From: Deltaproteobacteria bacterium RIFCSPHIGHO2_01_FULL_43_49
GTDB taxonomy: Bacteria > UBA10199 > SPLOWO2-01-44-7
NCBI GenBank assembly: GCA_001798075.1
Contig: MGRG01000005.1
Span: forward strand, 1,148-65,147
Reading direction: 5' to 3'
Length of the DNA: 64,000 nucleotides
The notes under the pieces were generated by a model. That model ran no database searches. It was not told the DNA's origin and saw only the letters and a program-made list of their open reading frames with translations. Of the stretch, positions 58,278 through 64,000 are shown one piece after another (the first letter of the stretch is position 1; each line of letters starts with the position of its first letter). Position numbers and translations under genes: made by a program.

Positions 58278-59636
58278 ATGAAGATTCAGTTTTTGGGAGC
58301 AGCGGGGACCGTAACCGGCTCAAAATATCTCTTGTCGGTGGATCAAAGCCACTTTTTAATTGATTGTGGACTCTTCCAGGGGCTTAAAGAGTGGCGCCTC
58401 AAAAACTGGGAATCGCTTCCCGTTAACCCCGAGCAAATTCAGGCGGTCATTTTAACCCATGCTCACTTGGATCATAGCGGTTATCTGCCTGTGCTTGTTA
58501 AAAATGGTTTTAAAGGAAAAATTTATACAACAACAGCCAGCAAAGCCCTCTGTGAAATTTTGCTTCCCGATGCCGGTTATTTACAAGAAGAAGATGCTGC
58601 CTTTGCCAATAAACACCATTTTTCAAAACACAAACCGGCATTTCCTCTTTATACAGAAGAAGAGGCTCGCCAAACAATTCCCTATATTGAATCGGTGAGT
58701 TGGGATCAAAAAATTCCGATCTCCAAAGATTGTTTTGCTATTTTCAAACGGGCGGGTCATATTTTGGGAGCAAGTATTGTTCAATTATTTGCCAATGGAC
58801 GGGTAATTACTTTTTCAGGTGACCTGGGCCGTCAAAAAACATTGACTGTCGAGCCCCCAAAAAAAATTTCCAAAACCGATTATCTTGTTGTGGAATCGAC
58901 TTATGGCGACAAACTCCATCCAACAGAAGACCCCAAAGAGACATTGAAAAGATTCATCGGGGAAGCGGTCGCCAAGAAAGGAATTTTGCTCATCCCTGCT
59001 TTTGCGGTAGGAAGGGCCCAACAAATCCTTTTCGTATTGAGTCAGCTTAAAAAATCGAATGCGATTCCTTCTATTCCAATTTATCTCAACAGTCCCATGG
59101 CTCAAGAAGCAACACGTATTTTCTGCCAATTTGACAAGGAGCAAGCCTTAACACCAACAGAATGCAAGCAGATGTGTGAAGCAGCAAAGTTTGTCTCTTC
59201 TGTTCAAGAGTCCAAAAATCTTAATGCCTTGCGTGGGCCTGCTATCGTGATTGCGGCAAGTGGCATGGCAACAGGAGGTAGAGTCTTGCACCATCTTAAA
59301 TTTTTGGCACCGAACCCCCGCAACATGATTGTCTTTGCTGGTTTTCAAGCAGCCGGCACCAGAGGGGAGGCTATGATTCACGGCGCCAAAGAAATTAAAA
59401 TTCATGGGGAACAGGTCCCCGTTCGTGCTCAAGTCAAAGTCATCAACACCCTTTCCGCCCACGCCGACCAGGAAGAAATTATGACTTGGCTCAAAGGTTT
59501 TTCAAAACCACCGAAGCAAACCTTTATCACTCATGGTGAGATCAATGCCAGCAATGCATTAAAAAAACGTATTGAGTTAGATTTACACTGGCAATGTGAA
59601 ACACCCCAGTATCTTCAAGAATACAAGCTGAATTGA
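58278..59636 (+). CDS. MBL-fold beta-CASP metallo-hydrolase (putative RNase)
   Basis: GAAGTVTGS, DCGLFQG, THAHLDHSG, AGHILG, ESTYG, AVGRAQ, SAHAD, HGE. Confidence 0.93.
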   Translation: MKIQFLGAAGTVTGSKYLLSVDQSHFLIDCGLFQGLKEWRLKNWESLPVNPEQIQAVILTHAHLDHSGYLPVLVKNGFKGKIYTTTASKALCEILLPDAGYLQEEDAAFANKHHFSKHKPAFPLYTEEEARQTIPYIESVSWDQKIPISKDCFAIFKRAGHILGASIVQLFANGRVITFSGDLGRQKTLTVEPPKKISKTDYLVVESTYGDKLHPTEDPKETLKRFIGEAVAKKGILLIPAFAVGRAQQILFVLSQLKKSNAIPSIPIYLNSPMAQEATRIFCQFDKEQALTPTECKQMCEAAKFVSSVQESKNLNALRGPAIVIAASGMATGGRVLHHLKFLAPNPRNMIVFAGFQAAGTRGEAMIHGAKEIKIHGEQVPVRAQVKVINTLSAHADQEEIMTWLKGFSKPPKQTFITHGEINASNALKKRIELDLHWQCETPQYLQEYKLN

Positions 59637-59643
59637 ATAGATC

Positions 59644-60531
59644 CTATGAATCCCCCTTGAGAAACTTTCTTCTTCTTTCTGCCTGTTTTTTGGGACAAAA
59701 ACTAAGGACATTGACCGGTGAATATCTCACCACAAGCTCCGCAACACTTCCCATCAACAGATGGCTCAAACCCGTGTGCCCGTGTGTCGGTATCAAAATA
59801 ATGTCCGAATCGGTTCGCTTTGCAGCTTTTGATATCTCATCAACAACGGGACCCATGGAAATATAAGGCTCGATTTTTAGTGAGCGGTGTCTGGTAATGA
59901 TCGACTGTAATTTGCGCATCGCTGTTCTCTTGGCTTTCTTTGCATGATCAGAAAAACCGATAACGTGCGCCAAAGTCAGATTACATTCGACCTGTTTGCT
60001 TAGATGAACACCCAACAACAAGGCTTCTTCCGTAAACTTCGAAAAATCGGTGGGAATCAAAACCCCTCTAATCTTTTTGGGCGGAAGGTTGGGGGGTCTT
60101 TTGGCAATCAAGACCGGCACCGGCGAATAACGCACCACATTTTCAGCCACACTCCCTAAAAAGATGTGCTTTAAGCCTTTTCTCCCATGAGTTCCCACGA
60201 TGACCAAATCGGGCTTTTCCTTTTGAATAATTCGCAAAATGGTGGGAATGGTTTGCCCAATCCGAATGTTTATTGCCACACGTCCAAGGCCTGGCAATGT
60301 GCTTTTATCCAAAAATTGGCGAACGGATTCATAAGCCCCTAGTTGTTTTTGAATGATTTTCTTGATTTCACGGCTTTTCACTGTCTGTTTTTCCTCGAGA
60401 AGAAAATCCCTTCCAGCAACATAAAAAAATTTTAGATGAGACCCAAAATAAGCGCTGAAATTAACCCCCCAATCGAGAGCTTTTTTGCTGGCATCCGATA
60501 GATCATGAAAAATAATAATTTTTTTTAACAT
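59644..60531 (-). CDS. Tandem universal stress protein
   Basis: Two UspA domains (GTHGRKG...LGSVAE.VVR.SP.PV; THGHTG...MGSVAE). Confidence 0.92.
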   Translation of the reverse strand: MLKKIIIFHDLSDASKKALDWGVNFSAYFGSHLKFFYVAGRDFLLEEKQTVKSREIKKIIQKQLGAYESVRQFLDKSTLPGLGRVAINIRIGQTIPTILRIIQKEKPDLVIVGTHGRKGLKHIFLGSVAENVVRYSPVPVLIAKRPPNLPPKKIRGVLIPTDFSKFTEEALLLGVHLSKQVECNLTLAHVIGFSDHAKKAKRTAMRKLQSIITRHRSLKIEPYISMGPVVDEISKAAKRTDSDIILIPTHGHTGLSHLLMGSVAELVVRYSPVNVLSFCPKKQAERRRKFLKGDS

Positions 60532-60553
60532 AAAAAGTCCTCCGATAACTCCT

Positions 60554-61318
60554 TCATACACGACCGACAATATCCTTCAAGAGATATCCTATCAAGTAAG
60601 CCAGTCCAGAAGCAACACCACCAATTGCCAACGTCTCGAGACCCGCGAGATACCACCTCTCGGTTACGAACCGGCCCTTCACAGCACCTACAGTGAAAAA
60701 TGCAATGCCCGTTAAAACAGAGCTATAGAAAAAGGGACGAGATAAATGAACATGTGTCACCACTTCGTAGACAAAAGTGAGAATGGGTAAAGATCCAAAA
60801 AGAACAAAGGCGGCAAAGGTTGACAATGCCGCTTTCGATGGTGAAGGGGACTCCAAGGTCATCCCCAATTCTTCTTTCAACATCGTTTCTTCCCATAATT
60901 TTTCATCAGCCGTGATGATTTTCACTGCCTTTTCCAAATCAACACCTTTAAAACCTTTTTTTGCAAAAATTTGTCGGACCTCTTCTTTTTCCCCTTCAGG
61001 AAAGGTGGCGATGTGATTGCGTTCCCTATCGCGGGCTTTCTCCTTTTGTTGTCGTTCAGTCCGAGTGGACACGAAATTGCCGACCGCCATGCTAAAACCA
61101 TCCCCCACCAAATTGGCCAGACCGAGGATGACAACGATACCTGCAGAAAGATTGGCCCCAATGACACCCGCAACCACAGCAAAGGTCGTGACGATTCCGT
61201 CAATGGCGCCGTAAACGAAATCACGCAGATAACTGTGAGCCGGTTTCATTTCGAGACGTTCTCGAATGGCCTCCGGCGTATGAGATTCCCGAAGATGTCT
61301 TAATAATTCATCCACCAT
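60554..61318 (-). CDS. VIT1/CCC1-family iron/manganese exporter
   Basis: LRDFVYGAIDGIVTTFAVVAG, LANL..DGFSMA.GN, EELG. Confidence 0.93.
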   Translation of the reverse strand: MVDELLRHLRESHTPEAIRERLEMKPAHSYLRDFVYGAIDGIVTTFAVVAGVIGANLSAGIVVILGLANLVGDGFSMAVGNFVSTRTERQQKEKARDRERNHIATFPEGEKEEVRQIFAKKGFKGVDLEKAVKIITADEKLWEETMLKEELGMTLESPSPSKAALSTFAAFVLFGSLPILTFVYEVVTHVHLSRPFFYSSVLTGIAFFTVGAVKGRFVTERWYLAGLETLAIGGVASGLAYLIGYLLKDIVGRV

Positions 61319-61374
61319 TTAGATTTATGGAACCATTTGACACATTTTACAATATTCCCTATAGCTTCGGCTCC

Positions 61375-62085
61375 ATGATTAAATCTCCTTCATTGAATTG
61401 TCAAACCTGCAAAAGCAGGGGACAGAGCGTTTTTTGCGATTTGAGCGAGGATCATCTTAAAGAAATTGATGCCTGTAAAACAACCAATAAGTACAAAACA
61501 CATCAAATCATCTTCTACGAAGGGAACAAACCCCATGGTCTTTACTGCGTTGCCTCCGGAAAGGTGAAAGTTTACAAAATGGATAAAGAAGGTCATCAGC
61601 AAATTGTGCGTCTTGCGGGACCGGGAGATATTGTGGGCTACAGAAGTCTTTTGGCCGATCAAAACTACTCCGCGACTGCGGAAACTTTGGAAGAGGCCGA
61701 TATCTGTTTCGTCGATAAAAAAACTTTTTTTCATGTTTTGGAAACGCACCCCGTAACGGCGTTTCATGTCATGTCTGCTTTGGCTCAAGACCTTGAAAAG
61801 GCGGAAAAAAAATTGATCGACATGGCCCACAAAAATATTCGAGAACGACTGGCGGAATTGCTACTGGTTTTTCAGAAAAAATATGGGGAAAAGTCTGGAA
61901 ACGGAGTTCATCTTAAAATCTCGCTGACCCGCGAAGAACTGGCAGAAATGATCGGCACCACACAAGAATCGGTCATCCGTTTAATTACGGAATTCAAAAA
62001 TGACGGGCTCATTCAAGTCGATGGTCGTGACATTACCCTTCTGAATGTCAAAAAGTTGGTCGAGACAGCAAACCTCCCGGAGTAA
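61375..62085 (+). CDS. Crp/Fnr-family transcriptional regulator with N-terminal Cys cluster
   Basis: CQTC......FC; cNMP domain; RERLA; LTREELAEMIGTTQESVIR HTH; start could be 61327. Confidence 0.93.
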   Translation: MIKSPSLNCQTCKSRGQSVFCDLSEDHLKEIDACKTTNKYKTHQIIFYEGNKPHGLYCVASGKVKVYKMDKEGHQQIVRLAGPGDIVGYRSLLADQNYSATAETLEEADICFVDKKTFFHVLETHPVTAFHVMSALAQDLEKAEKKLIDMAHKNIRERLAELLLVFQKKYGEKSGNGVHLKISLTREELAEMIGTTQESVIRLITEFKNDGLIQVDGRDITLLNVKKLVETANLPE

Positions 62086-62092
62086 TCAAAAC

Positions 62093-62126
62093 TGATTTAT
62101 ATCATATCCTCGCCTGATCTTGCGCA
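62093..62126. promoter_or_regulatory. Tandem FNR-like boxes upstream of the moa operon
   Basis: TGAT-TTAT-ATCA (62093) and TGAT-CTTG-CGCA (62115), 22 bp apart. Confidence 0.7.
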
Positions 62127-62159
62127 TAGTCATTCTTTTTGTCCTCCCTTAAAAGTTAA

Positions 62160-62290
62160 CTCATCCCGAACCCCCTTTTTCTAAAGATCCTTAGAATCCA
62201 TGAAAGGGGAGTCGAAAAGGTAGGGTTGGAAACGACTTTGCCTCCCGAACTCGCCAATGTTTTAGTGGCGGGGAAATTGGAAAGGGAAGA
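62160..62290 (+). ncRNA. Molybdenum cofactor (Moco) riboswitch
   Basis: CCGA...CTAA...ATG...GGTAGGGTTGGAAACGACTTTGCCTCCCG...TTGGAAAGGGA immediately before the moaA start, matching Moco motif landmarks recalled from memory. Confidence 0.75.
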
Positions 62291-63408
62291 TGACAAATTC
62301 TGACTTAACGAGAAGATTCCCATCTGGGGTGAATGCGTCTGGCTCTGCCAGCGCAGAGGGGGCCCAGCGGGCCCCCTCTTTGATCGATTCTTTTGGCCGC
62401 ACCATTGATTATTTGCGTATTTCCGTCACCGATCGGTGTAATTTTCGCTGTGTCTATTGCATGCCGCCCGAGGGGATACCCAATCTTTCTCATAACGATG
62501 TCTTAACATTTGAAGAGATCGCCCGGATCGCCCGGATTTTTTTACAAATGGGTGGGAAAAGGCTTCGAATTACAGGGGGCGAGCCCCTGGTTAGAAAAAA
62601 TATCATCGAGCTGGTTTTTCAATTATCCAATCTGCCCGGGCTTGAAAGTTTGGGCCTGACCACGAATGGTTTTTATCTCAAAGAGTTTGCCAAATTCCTA
62701 AAGGAGGCGGGGCTCAAAAAAATCAATGTGAGCTTGGATAGTGTCAGGCCAAGCCGTTTTTCTGAACTGACCCATTGTCCTCAAGGGGTGAATGCGTCTG
62801 GCTCTGCCAGCGCAGAGGGGGGCCAGCGGGCCCCCTCTTCATTTGAAAAAGTTTGGGAAGGGATTGAAGAAGCTCTCTTTGTTGGGCTTCAGACAAAAAT
62901 CAATGTGGTTGCCTTGAAAGGCATTTCAGAAGAAGAAATTCTTTCTTTTGGCGAGATGGCGAAAAGACTTCCCGTCGAGGTTCGATTCATTGAGTTCATG
63001 CCCCTTTGTGGAACCGGTTGGCACCCGGAATGGATGATCCCTCTAAGGGAGATTCGAAACGCCCTGAACTCAAATTTCGAACTGTTGCCTCTACCCAGGG
63101 GAACCGAAGTGGCTGAGTCTTATCAGGTCAAGAAAGGCCGTGGGAGGATTGGATTCATTTCCTCCATGACGGAACCATTCTGTAAAAACTGTTCACGCCT
63201 TAGGCTTACTTGCGATGGAAAAATCAGACCGTGTCTTTTTTCAAATTTGGAAATCGATTTAAAATCGTGGCTCCGCGGGGGCTGGCCCGATACGGACATC
63301 ATGGCGACGATCCTGGAGGCCGTCCGTGCGAAACCTTCCGGCCATCATATAACGTTTCCAATACCGGACGCGCGCGAGTTGCCGCGCATTCGCTTTATAG
63401 GGGGATAA
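62290..63408 (+). CDS. moaA: GTP 3',8-cyclase
   Basis: YLRISVTDRCNFRCVYC, TGGEP, RFIEFMP, FCKNCSRLR..DG..RPCL, C-terminal IGG; two 18-aa repeat insertions. Confidence 0.95.
   Translation: MTNSDLTRRFPSGVNASGSASAEGAQRAPSLIDSFGRTIDYLRISVTDRCNFRCVYCMPPEGIPNLSHNDVLTFEEIARIARIFLQMGGKRLRITGGEPLVRKNIIELVFQLSNLPGLESLGLTTNGFYLKEFAKFLKEAGLKKINVSLDSVRPSRFSELTHCPQGVNASGSASAEGGQRAPSSFEKVWEGIEEALFVGLQTKINVVALKGISEEEILSFGEMAKRLPVEVRFIEFMPLCGTGWHPEWMIPLREIRNALNSNFELLPLPRGTEVAESYQVKKGRGRIGFISSMTEPFCKNCSRLRLTCDGKIRPCLFSNLEIDLKSWLRGGWPDTDIMATILEAVRAKPSGHHITFPIPDARELPRIRFIGG
62326..62380. repeat. Palindromic element family B, copy 1 in moaA
   Basis: 55-nt GGGGTGAATGCGTCTGGCTCTGCCAGCGCAGAGGGGGCCCAGCGGGCCCCCTCTT. 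Confidence 0.88.
62785..62839. repeat. Palindromic element family B, copy 2 in moaA
   Basis: Same 55 nt with one mismatch, same frame. Confidence 0.88.
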
Positions 63409-63412
63409 AATT

Positions 63413-64000
63413 ATGTTTTCCACTATTGATAAAATAGAGACGTTGCGCACAGCCAAGGCACAGGCGATTTTGAAGCTAACGCCTCAGTTAGTTGATGTGT
63501 TGGAATCAAGAAAAGGACCCAAGGGGGATGCCTACGAAATCGCCAGGGCGGCAGGGATTCTAGCAGCCAAAAGAACCTGGGAAATCATTCCCTATTGCCA
63601 TCCAATTCCCATCGATCATATCGCCATCGATTTTTTAACCGACACGACAGAAGTAAAAATCACCACAACCGTTAGTGCCGTCTGGAAAACCGGTGTAGAG
63701 ATGGAGGCCCTCATGGCTGCCCAAGTTGCAGCCATCACCCTTTTTGACATGCTGAAACCAATGGGAGCGGAAATGGAGATTACCAGCGTCAAAGTTCTTG
63801 AAAAGATGGGTGGAAAAACAAGCTTCAAGGAAAAAATCCCTCAAGATTTTAAGGTTGGAATCCTTGTCACCTCCGATGGGACTTTTGCTGGACAAAGGGA
63901 AGACCGCTCCGGAAAAATAATTAAAGAACGTCTGGAGCAGTTTGGAATAAAAAATTTGGACTATCAAATCTTGCCGGACGACAAACAAACTATTCGAGAA
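63413..64000 (+). CDS. moaC: Bifunctional MoaC-MoaB/MogA fusion (partial, runs off right edge)
   Basis: Hand translation: LRTAKAQA..KGD..AGILAAKRT..IIPYCHP..KTGVEMEA..DMLKP..KMGGK then VGILVTSD...REDRSG. Confidence 0.88.
   Translation, partial: MFSTIDKIETLRTAKAQAILKLTPQLVDVLESRKGPKGDAYEIARAAGILAAKRTWEIIPYCHPIPIDHIAIDFLTDTTEVKITTTVSAVWKTGVEMEALMAAQVAAITLFDMLKPMGAEMEITSVKVLEKMGGKTSFKEKIPQDFKVGILVTSDGTFAGQREDRSGKIIKERLEQFGIKNLDYQILPDDKQTIRE

Noticed and set aside
20188-64000. Island as a mobile element
   Set aside because: No integrase, transposase, tRNA or flanking direct repeats seen, and no obvious compositional break by eye

Overview
64 kb bacterial window with no rRNA, tRNA, CRISPR array or transposase seen. 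Gene content suggests a Gram-negative, deltaproteobacterial-like organism (inference). The left ~20 kb holds housekeeping genes (pterin/queuosine genes, glpK, ygfZ, bcp, a BrnT-type toxin-antitoxin pair) and orphan ORFs under alternative-sigma-like promoters. From 20.2 to 64 kb lies a large anaerobic-respiration/extracellular-electron-transfer island with 15 c-type cytochromes (about 100 CxxCH plus about 13 non-canonical CxnCH motifs, counted by hand). It has three different outer-membrane conduits: MtrAB/MtoAB-like without MtrC, a Cyc2-like cytochrome-porin fusion, and an unusual porin + heptaheme + diheme + two large repeat-built multiheme lipoproteins, one carrying Ig-like domains. It also has several quinol-interacting modules (Rieske/cyt b-c fusion, two CbcL-like proteins, NapC-like, NrfCD-like), a complete Ccm system including an unannotated ccmD, hemA/hemG, feoB/DtxR/VIT1, a Crp/Fnr regulator and Moco genes behind a Moco riboswitch. 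Nine perfect TGAT-N4-ATCA boxes at operon heads suggest one FNR-like regulon. Several families of short palindromic repeats have inserted in frame into queD, ygfZ and moaA.
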